64,000 nucleotides of DNA from Sedimentisphaerales bacterium (GCA_963708075.1 OY970194.1:224001-288000); one strand, 5' to 3'; counted from the first letter of the stretch, positions 9,470 through 18,288 are shown. Translations and numbers: made by a program. Notes: a model not told the origin generated them from the letters alone.

Positions 9470-9577
9470 CGCCGCCGTCGTCTTGCCCTTGCCGTCGCCC
9501 GTATAGACCTGAACCAACCCTTTCTCAATCATCCCCCCATCATAATCCCACCCCCACCCCCCAAGAAACCGAAAACC
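9470..9577. repeat. 108-bp direct repeat, copy 2 (truncated cobO 5' end)
   Basis: Encodes MIEKGLVQVYTGDGKGKTTAA on the minus strand, then diverges. Confidence 0.9.
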
Positions 9578-9629
9578 ACCCCGCGACAGGGTGCACGACG
9601 AGATTGTGGCAGAGCGAACAACGAGGTTC

Positions 9630-9725
9630 TGGGTGGCACGGGCAAACTCGTTTGCCCGTGGGCCTTCGAGTGGGCAGACCCCATCGAAGGAGCACCGTCA
9701 CAGCGAGTTTGGCGGTGCCACCCGG
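9630..9725. repeat. REP-like element
   Basis: GGGTGGCACGGGCAAACTCGTTTGCCCGTG...GAGTTTGGCGGTGCCACCCGG; related copies at 25994-26088 and 16737-16992. Confidence 0.75.
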
Positions 9726-10050
9726 CCCCATTGCCACTTCCTTGTCGCACATCCCTCGCGACACCTGAATCCAAAGCTTGACCCCTTCTTGCCTTCGCGA
9801 GCATCGCCCGTTTTCGAGTGACTTTTCTCTTGACTTTCCACGCCCGAATCGGCGAATATAATAGCTGATCTGCCCTGAGGTGTGGTGAAAAGGTCCCACT
9901 TGATTCGTCACTGCAACCAACGCAACGGTTGGCTCGCAGATCGTGTGCGCTTATCTCTTATTGGCAGCCTATCCGTTCGCGGCAATTCTCACGCCAGAGT
10001 ATGGACGCGCTTGTTGGCGCTTGTATGCAAAGAAAAGGAGCAAAGAAAGT

Positions 10051-10788
10051 ATGAAGAAACTCACAGTCATGGTGAGCATGGTCATCCTGGTGGGAACGGC
10101 CGTCGCCCCGGCGGCGCCGCAGATTCTGGTATACGATGAGAACACCTATCACAGTTATGCCCAGACTGCGCTCACCAATCTGTCACTGAGCTACACGCTT
10201 GGGGACAGTTCTACGTTCAATACCCTGCTGGCTGGCGGGGTATGGGACCTGATCGTCGTCGATTGTCCGAGCACTCCGCCGAGCTCTTGGACGCCGCTGG
10301 TCAACTACGTCGATGGCGGCGGCAAGGCCATCATGTCGTTCTGGGCACTCCAGAGTCAAGCCGCCCTCGCCACGGCGTTCGACGTCAGCGTGGCCGGAAC
10401 GTACTCCATGCCGGAGAATGTCTACGCCTGGAGTGCCTCCCATGCCATCTTTACCAGCCCCTACGCGGTTGGCGATCTGACGGCCTGGCACGATCACTGG
10501 GCTGACGACGGAGATCACCTGACGGCCATCAATGGGGCGCAGGAACTGGCAGGGTTCACCGGATCGCCGTCCGCCGGCATGGCGGCGATCGTGCTCGGCA
10601 ACGGCGGCAGCACCCTGTACAACGGCTTCCTGTTCGATGCCATGGACGATCCTGACGGGGTCAATCTGATTGCGAATGAGGTTTCGTACCTGTTGGGTAT
10701 GTCCCAGATTCCCGCACCGGGGGCTCTGCTCCTTGGCGGCCTGGGCGCCGGCGTCGTCGGCTGGCTCAGGAGACGCAGGACTCTCTAA
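10051..10788 (+). CDS. Secreted protein with PEP-CTERM-like (IPAPGA) sorting domain
   Basis: AAGGAG RBS, signal peptide MKKLTV..., C-terminus IPAPGALLLGGLGAGVVGWLRRRRTL. Confidence 0.85.
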   Translation: MKKLTVMVSMVILVGTAVAPAAPQILVYDENTYHSYAQTALTNLSLSYTLGDSSTFNTLLAGGVWDLIVVDCPSTPPSSWTPLVNYVDGGGKAIMSFWALQSQAALATAFDVSVAGTYSMPENVYAWSASHAIFTSPYAVGDLTAWHDHWADDGDHLTAINGAQELAGFTGSPSAGMAAIVLGNGGSTLYNGFLFDAMDDPDGVNLIANEVSYLLGMSQIPAPGALLLGGLGAGVVGWLRRRRTL

Positions 10789-10811
10789 CATCCCTGCAGG
10801 TTGCGTAATTC

Positions 10812-10851
10812 GAGGGCTGCGGCCATCGTGCTTGCAGCCCTCTTCCTTTTT
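10812..10851 (+). terminator. Probable intrinsic terminator
   Basis: GAGGGCTGC...GCAGCCCTC followed by TTCCTTTTT. Confidence 0.6.
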
Positions 10852-10914
10852 ACGGACGCCGCAACTTCACTACGGACAGCCACCGGTTGTCTGGACTTGT
10901 ACTTACCCTTCGGT

Positions 10915-11076
10915 AGCTAATGGCAGACACGACCATGATTTGTCATAATTGCGGCGGGGAATTGGAGAGCCTGATCACAAACCTGCCCTTCAAAGTCGAT
11001 CATGATTCGTATTCTCAAGAGAATCGACAAGACGACAGAACTCGAAGTGCTCACCTACGCCGCCGCAACAGCATGA
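10915..11076 (+). pseudogene. Miniature DUF4258/YgiT TA remnant 1
   Basis: Toxin start fused to toxin end; antitoxin lacks the second CxxC segment. Confidence 0.8.
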
Positions 11077-11333
11077 TGTCTTGTGACACCATACTTGGTT
11101 CAGACCAAAAATAGGCAAGATGTCTCTGGAATTTCGGGGGACACCCGCCACAGAAGAATGTGAAATGTGTAGGTTTGACCCCCTCTCCTGCCCGGCGTTG
11201 GCTTGGCAGATGCTGTCCTGGCGGCCACCGCCCAAGCCGAGAACGCCGAACTCAAGACCCTCAACATCAGGCACTACCCCATGCTCAAGGGCCTCAGACC
11301 AGCCTATACCAAGTAGTCAGGGTTGGGCAGCGA

Positions 11334-11487
11334 ATGGCAGACACGACCATGACTTGTCACAATTGCGGCGGGGAATTGGAGAGCTTGATCACGAACCTGC
11401 CCTTCAAAATTGACCATGACTCGTATTCTCAAGAGAATCGACAAAACCACAGAACTCGAAGTCCTCACCTACGCCGCAACGGCATAA
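11334..11487 (+). pseudogene. Miniature DUF4258/YgiT TA remnant 2
   Basis: Same two deletion junctions as remnant 1. Confidence 0.8.
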
Positions 11488-11561
11488 CATCCGGACACAG
11501 CGGACTCGATTCAATAGCCGAAAAAAGTAAGATGCCCCCGGAATTCGAATTCAACAGATCT

Positions 11562-12821
11562 TCACCTGCGGACCAGAGGCGAGATCACCTGAACGAACGG
11601 ATCGCCTGTCTTTATCAAGAGTGTACTCTCAAGGCCTGTTAGCATTTCTGCTTTTCTGGCGATAGTGATTGCGTCCAACTTGGAGTCGATAGACGGGAAG
11701 AACGTTGAGGCGTGGTTCAAATACCCGTAGGACACAATTCCCGCGATAACGTATACGTAGTTGGAACGATCTGAATCGAACTTTCGTCCCATGAGGAGTT
11801 CCCCGGGCGTCGATGAGTCCCAATCTGTTTGAAAGGGAATTGCGCGGATGCCACCGTGAACCATATTCGAGAGCTTACTGTACAGCTTGTCATAACTGCC
11901 TGGTGCAAATTGCTCGAACATCTTTCGCCACGAGACTCTTTCTTTCCACAATTCGGTTGTATAATGCGTCTGAACCATCTCTCGGCGTGAATGGAAATAC
12001 CGCAGCGCGACAAACCCCTCCAGCAAGTGCCGAGAGAGGATCACACCTTCCAAGTAGTTCCCGCGCATCCAGAGTTCCTGGATGCAATGCAGTGTATATG
12101 GCAAGCGTACATATGTGCACTTCGCTATGCTCAGGAACCAATGATCAGGCGAATTGAAAACAGTCGGCTCGGCGCAATGATAAGAAAGGCGAAAGAAGAT
12201 ATTGCCCAGGTTCGTCAACGTCGCGGCTCCCCTCGCATCTTGGTGGGTTGTGTCTGCATATGCTTTCGCTTCTGTCTCCCTGAGATGCTGAAGGCTCATC
12301 CAGTTATCATGCCACTCATATTCAAACATTTTCTTCTCCACAACCATCACACGCAGCTTACGTGCTATACGCCTGACACCGCAGAATACTAGATATTCAG
12401 TAGTGCCGACAGCAACCAATGATGAGAACACCAAGAGGCTGTGAAAAGAATGGTCCTTGCCGAACAGCCTCAGTACAATTTCTGCCGCGACCAAGCAGGT
12501 GCCGATCCACAAAGTGATAACGCCCACGAGGGCGCCGGCGCAAATGCAGAGTCTCTTCAATGGCTCGTTGCGCCAAGGCGGTGCCGGATGCACAACGGCA
12601 TGCATCAGGAATCCAGCCATGAGGAAAAGAAACCCACTCATGGCCACCGCAGGTGAGAGAACGTCGTCCGCCGCTGCACCACCAAGCGATACGACGAATC
12701 CTTTGAGGGCATACCAACCGAATACCAAGGCCACTGGGAGCAACACAATCCTCAGGAGCCAAGTCGCGACACCCTCAACAAGTTGTCTCCTCCTCAATCT
12801 GGGGATATCTGGGGGCGCCAT
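11562..12821 (-). CDS. Hypothetical protein: N-terminal membrane region plus a soluble domain, possibly DUF5677-like
   Basis: Long ORF with about 4 hydrophobic helices, then ILSRHLLEGFVALRYF...YSKLSNMVHG; start uncertain, may be two fused cassettes. Confidence 0.5.
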   Translation of the reverse strand: MAPPDIPRLRRRQLVEGVATWLLRIVLLPVALVFGWYALKGFVVSLGGAAADDVLSPAVAMSGFLFLMAGFLMHAVVHPAPPWRNEPLKRLCICAGALVGVITLWIGTCLVAAEIVLRLFGKDHSFHSLLVFSSLVAVGTTEYLVFCGVRRIARKLRVMVVEKKMFEYEWHDNWMSLQHLRETEAKAYADTTHQDARGAATLTNLGNIFFRLSYHCAEPTVFNSPDHWFLSIAKCTYVRLPYTLHCIQELWMRGNYLEGVILSRHLLEGFVALRYFHSRREMVQTHYTTELWKERVSWRKMFEQFAPGSYDKLYSKLSNMVHGGIRAIPFQTDWDSSTPGELLMGRKFDSDRSNYVYVIAGIVSYGYLNHASTFFPSIDSKLDAITIARKAEMLTGLESTLLIKTGDPFVQVISPLVRR

Positions 12822-12866
12822 ACTCGATTCAGGACCGAAATAATTAAGACGTCCCCGAAATTCCCC
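12801..12866. repeat. ~65-bp imperfect palindromic inter-cassette site
   Basis: GGGGATATCTGGGGGCGCCATACT...TAAGACGTCCCCGAAATTCCCC; relatives at 11083-11135, 11491-11546, 13427-13449. Confidence 0.6.
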
Positions 12867-12882
12867 GGCGCCTGGCACGGCA

Positions 12883-13338
12883 TCACGACAGTACAAGGGA
12901 CGCCACGATTGCGGTCGTGCCGAGACAATACAGTAACTGATAGATCCATCGGTTGACACGCTCAGTCAGAGTCACGCCTGCAATACTCTGTATCTCCCAT
13001 CCACGTACAAACAATGCCGCCCACAGTAGCACCGTCGCGCCGGAGACCTGGAGTGCTCTTGCAAGACGCGTGGGTTCCGGTCCACAGAGCATGCCGAGGA
13101 CCCAACCAACAATGCCTCCCACGATGATTGATCCAACCACCCATGCAAGCGAGCCCCAAAGACCTTGCCACACTTTGAAGGCCCTCGGCGGCCCTTCTGG
13201 TGGCGGCTGAGGAAATTGCTTCCGCACCTTATTGTCAGCACGTTCAGCCTCTGCGAGGCGCGTAGGGGAGAAGGCTGCGAAGGCGCACAGGACCAATGCT
13301 CTGAATGGACCAACCTTTGTCAAGCGAGTATCAGCCAT
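12883..13338 (-). CDS. Hypothetical membrane protein
   Basis: About 3 TM segments; LLWAALFVRGWEIQSIAGVTLTERVNRW. Confidence 0.6.
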   Translation of the reverse strand: MADTRLTKVGPFRALVLCAFAAFSPTRLAEAERADNKVRKQFPQPPPEGPPRAFKVWQGLWGSLAWVVGSIIVGGIVGWVLGMLCGPEPTRLARALQVSGATVLLWAALFVRGWEIQSIAGVTLTERVNRWIYQLLYCLGTTAIVASLVLS

Positions 13339-13461
13339 AGGTTCGACTCCAAATGATGACCACCGCAATCTGCGAAGGGCCATTACTGTACATAGCCACC
13401 ATTTCTCTCGACTTCGACCTACCGTTAATAAGTGGCCGTCCCCAGTTCCTTCTGGTCATCC

Positions 13462-13962
13462 CTATTGGAAGACAATGCGAATCCCACGCAGGTGCTTGGT
13501 CAAAGGAGCAAGCAGCTTTGTTCCATAGATTCCGAGGAGCGAGACAACGCATGTGTCGTCCTGGGTTCTGATCTGACTCGCCAGCGCCGGAACCATGGCT
13601 ACACTTGGGCCGACCCCATGAGGATCTTGCCAAGCCAGATCGTATATAGGAGTTCGCTTCTCCTGCTCCTGCCAAAAACCGACTCCGTATCCCCCGGATA
13701 AGGCAAGTTCGCCGATCTTCTCCCGATATGCTGACATGAGGCGGTCGGCAACCTCACCTTCGTTGCCGACATTCTGTACGACTGTCTCAACCATGTAGAC
13801 AAGGAAGTGGCGGAACTCGGTCTCCACTTTGGACGTGGGTATACTCAGTTCATGAGCCACCTCATCGATGGCTGTACGATGGTCCTCATTAAGCTGAAGG
13901 GCGATCCTGGCCAACTCAGCGGCAATGGCACTGGCAGAATGTCTTTTCCTCATGGGCCACAT
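13462..13962 (-). CDS. Hypothetical protein
   Basis: 166-aa ORF preceded by a GGAGG RBS; no recognisable motif. Confidence 0.55.
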   Translation of the reverse strand: MWPMRKRHSASAIAAELARIALQLNEDHRTAIDEVAHELSIPTSKVETEFRHFLVYMVETVVQNVGNEGEVADRLMSAYREKIGELALSGGYGVGFWQEQEKRTPIYDLAWQDPHGVGPSVAMVPALASQIRTQDDTCVVSLLGIYGTKLLAPLTKHLRGIRIVFQ

Positions 13963-14175
13963 TTGGTGGTGTCATTTCCTCCCGAAGAGAACGGGACTCG
14001 TACCATTCTCGATAGGGCGCCTGCGAACGGTTGTGAGAGATGAATGATCCACCACGACTTCCCGTCTGTTGAACATCGCACCACGGCTTCACAATCCATA
14101 CCATTATTAGAGCGAAAATCGCTCGGAAATGCAAAGGAAAACGGTTGTCGGTAGTCAGTAGCCGGTATTCGGCTG

Positions 14176-14638
14176 TAAAGCCTTGTCCGGCAGAAGTTTA
14201 TCAGCGTTGATCGGCGGTCATCCGCGGTTGAAGAGCAGTTGTCAGTTCCCAGTTGGCTGGTTGCTGGTTCTCGATTGTAAGTCCTTGGACTGAAAAGGCT
14301 TATGTCTCGCGCTGAGACGCAGAGCCCGCAGGGTTTGAAATGCACTTGTCGGTCTTCTCTTTCTCTGCGTCTCCGCGTCCCTGCGTGCAAATATGTTGTC
14401 GGTTGTCGTTCATAAAGCCTTGTTCGGCAGGAGTTTATCAGCGTTTATCGGCGTTCATCAGCGGTTGAAGAGCAGTTGTCAGTTCTCGGTTAACAGTTCC
14501 CAGTTGGCTGGTTGCTGGTTCTTGGTTGTAAGTCCTTGGACTGAAAAGGATTATGTGTCACGCAGAGACGCGGAGACGCTGAGAAAACCGGTCGAAATCT
14601 ATTCTGAACTCTGCGGGCTCTGCGTCTCTGCGTGAGAA
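14176..14638. repeat. Two diverged tandem ~237-bp composite repeat units
   Basis: Units start at 14176 and 14413 and share TAAAGCCTTGT..GTTTATCAGCGTT..GCGGTTGAAGAGCAGTTGTCAGTTC..GTAAGTCCTTGGACTGAAAAGG..GAGACGC. Confidence 0.85.
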
Positions 14639-14752
14639 TCTGGTTTTTCACCCCGAGGCTGGGCCAGGTCAATCTTCGTAAGCCGATGTGTGGCAAGAGC
14701 TTATCTTCAGGTGTCGCAATGAAGAAAAGTCCCTGTGTTGTCGGGATTTTAC

Positions 14753-14781
14753 TTGACAGAAAACACGTAATTTTGTAAGAT
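14753..14781 (+). promoter_or_regulatory. Near-consensus sigma70 promoter facing the repeat array
   Basis: TTGACA-17 nt-TAAGAT. Confidence 0.7.
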
Positions 14782-14902
14782 TGTGACACAACTGAATGGA
14801 GAACCACTCAGAGTGCGGAGTACGGAGTGCGGAGTACGGAATGCGGAATCAAGAGCGGGGCGAGTGGCGTGGTGTACCTCCAATGACAAACACACGTAGT
14901 TT

Positions 14903-15583
14903 GCGAAACAAAGCCAATTTCGGGGCGGGGGCCCGCGATTGCGGATTGCGGAATGCGGATTGAGGGCAGGGAGACCACTATGCGAAACAAAGCCAATTTC
15001 GGGCGGAGGGCCGTTGGAGTGCGGATTGCGGAATGCGGAATGCGGAATGAAGAGAGAATCGCGCGAAACAAAGCCAATTTGCCGGGAGAGGGCGGCAGGC
15101 GACAGGCCGGAGGAATGTGGGCGGGTGATTTTGCGAAACAAAGCCAATTTCGGGGGACGGGATCAGCGTGAAGTCCTTTACGGGAAAGGAGTTGCGTTTG
15201 ATTCGACGAGGATGTGAAACAAAGCCAATTTCGGGCCGGGGGCCATGGGATTGCGGATTTCGGATTGCGGAGTGCGGATTGAAGACAGGGCGAGTGCCGT
15301 GATGTGCCTCCGGGGACAGTTTGTGAAACAAAGCCAATTTCCAGCAAAGGGCCTGCGATTGGGGATTGCGGAATGCGGAATGAAGAGGCTCGTGCGAAAC
15401 AAAGCCAATTTGCCGGGCAGACAGCCGAGAGCCCTACGGGCAGTTTGCGAAACAAACCAATTGTGAGCGAGTTTCGAGTTTGAAGTGTGAGGTGTCAAGC
15501 GGGAGGGGCTGGATGTGAGGCATTCGACTTCAAACTTCAAACATAACACTTCACACCTCGACTTGGCGAAACAAAGCCAAATG
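14903..15583 (+). repeat. Interspaced direct-repeat array, 9 x G(C/T)GAAACAAAGCCAATTT
   Basis: Copies start at 14903, 14982, 15063, 15133, 15214, 15323, 15394, 15447, 15566; the last two are degenerate; spacers ~35-103 nt. Confidence 0.9.
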
Positions 15584-15809
15584 TGGAGGAGATGGGAGGG
15601 ATAGGTAAAAGGGCGATGTGGGACGTGCGGCGGGGGGGCTTTGTGCTGGGGAGGGGTGTCGCATGGGAGGGAGGTGATCTTAGAAAAAGCTTTGCACGGA
15701 GACTGTGCGGAGTGCTTAATAGTAGGAAGTAGGACGGACAACACGGCCGGTTGCCGTACGCGTTTGTGAATTGCGGCTGAAAAGCGTTGCTGATACAGGG
15801 AGGATTTAC

Positions 15810-16703
15810 ATGAGAAAAGCTGCGAGATCCACGATTATCACCTGGGTATCTCTTCTGTTCGTGCTGGCGGGATGCGCGGAGGTGCCTATTACGGGAAGGA
15901 GGCAGTTGAGCCTTGTCCCGGAATCGCTCGTCACGTCGATGAGCATCCAGGAGTACCAGCAGTTCCTCTCCGAGAACAAGGTGAGCGGGGACGTCAAGCA
16001 GAACGAGATGGTCGCGCGGGTCGGCACGAAGATCGTGCAGGCGGTCGAGCAATACTGCCAGAAGAACTGCGACAGCGACCCGTTTGCGGGGTACAAGTGG
16101 GAATTCAACCTAATCGAGGACAAGCAGATCAACGCCTTCGCGATGCCCGGCGGCAAGGTCGTGGTGTACACGGGCATTCTGCCGGTCGCCAAGGATGACA
16201 CGGGTCTGGCGACGGTGATCGCCCATGAGATCGCCCACGTGTTCGCCCGGCACGGGTCCGAGCGGATGAGCCAGGGGTTGCTCGTGCAGATGGGCGGCAT
16301 GGGACTGGATCTTGCTCTGCAAAAACAGCCGGAGCAGACCCGCAGTTTGTTCAGCGCTGCCTATGGCCTGGGCAGCCAGGTCGGGATCCTGCTGCCATAC
16401 AGCCGTACGCATGAGACCGAGGCGGATCACCTGGGCCTGATCTTCATGGCGATGGCAGGGTACGACCCGCATGAGGCCGTGGGCTTCTGGCAGCGAATGT
16501 CGGAGGCGAGCAAGGGCCAGGCCAAGCCGCCGGAATTCCTGAGCACGCACCCGGCCGATGCGACGCGAATTCGGAACCTCCAGAACCTGATCCCGGAGGC
16601 GATGGCGTACTACAAACCGGGCGGGACGCAGGGTCAGGCGCAGACACCACCGCCGGCCACCAGCAGTGCAGCAGCCCCGACGTTTCCGCCCATCAAGAAA
16701 TAG
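15810..16703 (+). CDS. M48 family metallopeptidase, lipoprotein
   Basis: LAGC lipobox, NAFAMPGG, HEIAH zinc motif, YSRTHETEAD, FLSTHP. Confidence 0.92.
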   Translation: MRKAARSTIITWVSLLFVLAGCAEVPITGRRQLSLVPESLVTSMSIQEYQQFLSENKVSGDVKQNEMVARVGTKIVQAVEQYCQKNCDSDPFAGYKWEFNLIEDKQINAFAMPGGKVVVYTGILPVAKDDTGLATVIAHEIAHVFARHGSERMSQGLLVQMGGMGLDLALQKQPEQTRSLFSAAYGLGSQVGILLPYSRTHETEADHLGLIFMAMAGYDPHEAVGFWQRMSEASKGQAKPPEFLSTHPADATRIRNLQNLIPEAMAYYKPGGTQGQAQTPPPATSSAAAPTFPPIKK

Positions 16704-16736
16704 CGGATCGTGTCTAGCGTGGGACCTCCCGCTTGC

Positions 16737-16992
16737 CGGGTGGCACCGCCAAACTCGTTGGCAACGTCCCACATTCTTGAGATTGGGCATAGACAAGCTT
16801 CGCAGACGGGTGGCAGCGTCAAGGCCGAAGGCCTTGGCGATGGCGAATGGGCAAACCATCGCCAAGCTGCGCTTGACGATGCCACCCAAAGCTCAAGAAC
16901 ATGGGACGAAGCCAACTCGTTTGACGGTGCTCATTCGATGGGGCCTGTCCACTCGAAGCCCTGCGGGCAAACGAGTCTGCCCGTGCCACCCA
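16737..16992. repeat. Nested REP-like palindromes between convergent genes
   Basis: GGGTGGCACCGCCAAACTCGTT..., GGGTGGCAGCGTCAAG...CTTGACGATGCCACCC, CGGGCAAACGAGTCTGCCCGTGCCACCC. Confidence 0.75.
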
Positions 16993-17010
16993 AGACTGGG
17001 CCTTTCGAGG

Positions 17011-18279
17011 CTATACTGGTGCGGTGTGCGGGCCGGGACTGAGGAGAGCATGGGTCGCGGAGTGGCCGGCTAGTGCGCCGGTGGACCAGCACATCTGGAG
17101 ATTGTAGCCACCGCACGGGCCGTCCACGTCGATCACTTCGCCGGCAAAGAAGAGTCCCGGGCGAATCTGTGATTCCATGGTCTGCGGCTCGATCTCGTTT
17201 GTGCTCACGCCGCCGTGGGTCACAGTCGCCTTCTCAATGGGTTCTGTGCCTGTGATCGTCAGGGGCAGGTCCTTGATCGACGCGACCAGACGCCGGCGCA
17301 TTTCCGCCTTTAGTTGGCCGACCTGCGCACTGCAATCGCACTGGGCGAGATCGCACAGCACGCGGGAAAGCTGGCGGGGCACGAATTCCGCGAGGACACT
17401 AGCCACGGCTCTCCTGGGATGGGCCTGTATGCTTGCCTGGAATTGCCGGTCGAATCCGGGCTCATCGAGTTGGGCGGCCATATCGATCCGCACGACGATA
17501 TCCTGCTTGCCCCCGGCCAGCTCATCGGCCACAAGCCGGCTGAGGTCGAGCACGGCGGGGCCCCCGATGCCCTCCTGCGTGAACAGCATGGGGCCGACGA
17601 TGGTGATGCGGCGCTTGCCCACGGTGGTCTGCATCTTCACCTGCGGCAGCGCGATTCCCGCCAGATCGCCCACCCAGCTTTCCCGCGTCACCAGCGGCAC
17701 GAGGGCGGGCTTTGGCGGGATGATGGTATGGCCCAATTCCGCCGCGAAACGGTAGCCGTCGCCCGTGGAGCCGGTTTGCGGCCACGTGACGCCGCCGGTG
17801 GCAATGATCACGCAGGTCGCGAGAATCCGGTGGTCTTTCGCATGAACTGTGAAGCCGCCGTCATGGGCCTGCACCTTTGTCACCGGCATATCGTACAGGA
17901 AGCCGACGCGAAGCGTCCCCGCCTCGCTCAGAAGGATATCCAGCACGTCGGAGGCTTTATCGCTGACCGGAAAGACGCAGCCATCCGGCTCGACCGTGCT
18001 CGCCACTCCTCGTGCCTGGAAGAACTCGATAACGTCATGGGGCGGCAGCTCGTGGAGACTGTAGCGCAGGAATCGCCCGGTCTTGCCAAAGGCTTGTGCG
18101 ATCTCGTCCGCCATGCCCGCGTGCGTGAAATTGCATCGTCCGCCGCCAGTGATAAGGAGCTTGCGGCCGGGTTTGGCGTTGGCCTCCACGATCATGGTTG
18201 GCACGCCCGTTCGTGCCGCATAGATGGCCGCCATCAGCCCGGCGGGCCCCGCCCCGATAATGCAGATCCCTGTTTTCAT
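17011..18279 (-). CDS. HI0933/BaiN-family NAD(P)/FAD-dependent oxidoreductase
   Basis: GAGPAG, GRKLLITGGGRCNFT, ATGG..GSTGDGY, VTHGGV, FAGEVIDVDGPCGGYNLQ. Confidence 0.93.
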   Translation of the reverse strand: MKTGICIIGAGPAGLMAAIYAARTGVPTMIVEANAKPGRKLLITGGGRCNFTHAGMADEIAQAFGKTGRFLRYSLHELPPHDVIEFFQARGVASTVEPDGCVFPVSDKASDVLDILLSEAGTLRVGFLYDMPVTKVQAHDGGFTVHAKDHRILATCVIIATGGVTWPQTGSTGDGYRFAAELGHTIIPPKPALVPLVTRESWVGDLAGIALPQVKMQTTVGKRRITIVGPMLFTQEGIGGPAVLDLSRLVADELAGGKQDIVVRIDMAAQLDEPGFDRQFQASIQAHPRRAVASVLAEFVPRQLSRVLCDLAQCDCSAQVGQLKAEMRRRLVASIKDLPLTITGTEPIEKATVTHGGVSTNEIEPQTMESQIRPGLFFAGEVIDVDGPCGGYNLQMCWSTGALAGHSATHALLSPGPHTAPV

Positions 18280-18288
18280 AGGCCGCGA

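Noticed and set aside
9860..10050. Riboswitch upstream of the PEP-CTERM-like gene
   Set aside because: Short hairpins only; I could not match a known aptamer consensus by eye. An Rfam scan would settle it.
11083..13962. Classical integron
   Set aside because: No intI gene and no RYYYAAC/GTTRRRY attC cores recognised.
14903..15583. CRISPR array call
   Set aside because: Repeat is only ~18 nt and non-palindromic, spacers are 35-103 nt and share sequence with each other, and there are no cas genes in the window.
14749..15744. ORFs across the array (RNKANF / LALF / IGFV / NWLCF peptides)
   Set aside because: They are translations of the DNA repeat in shifting frames, with no consistent frame or RBS.
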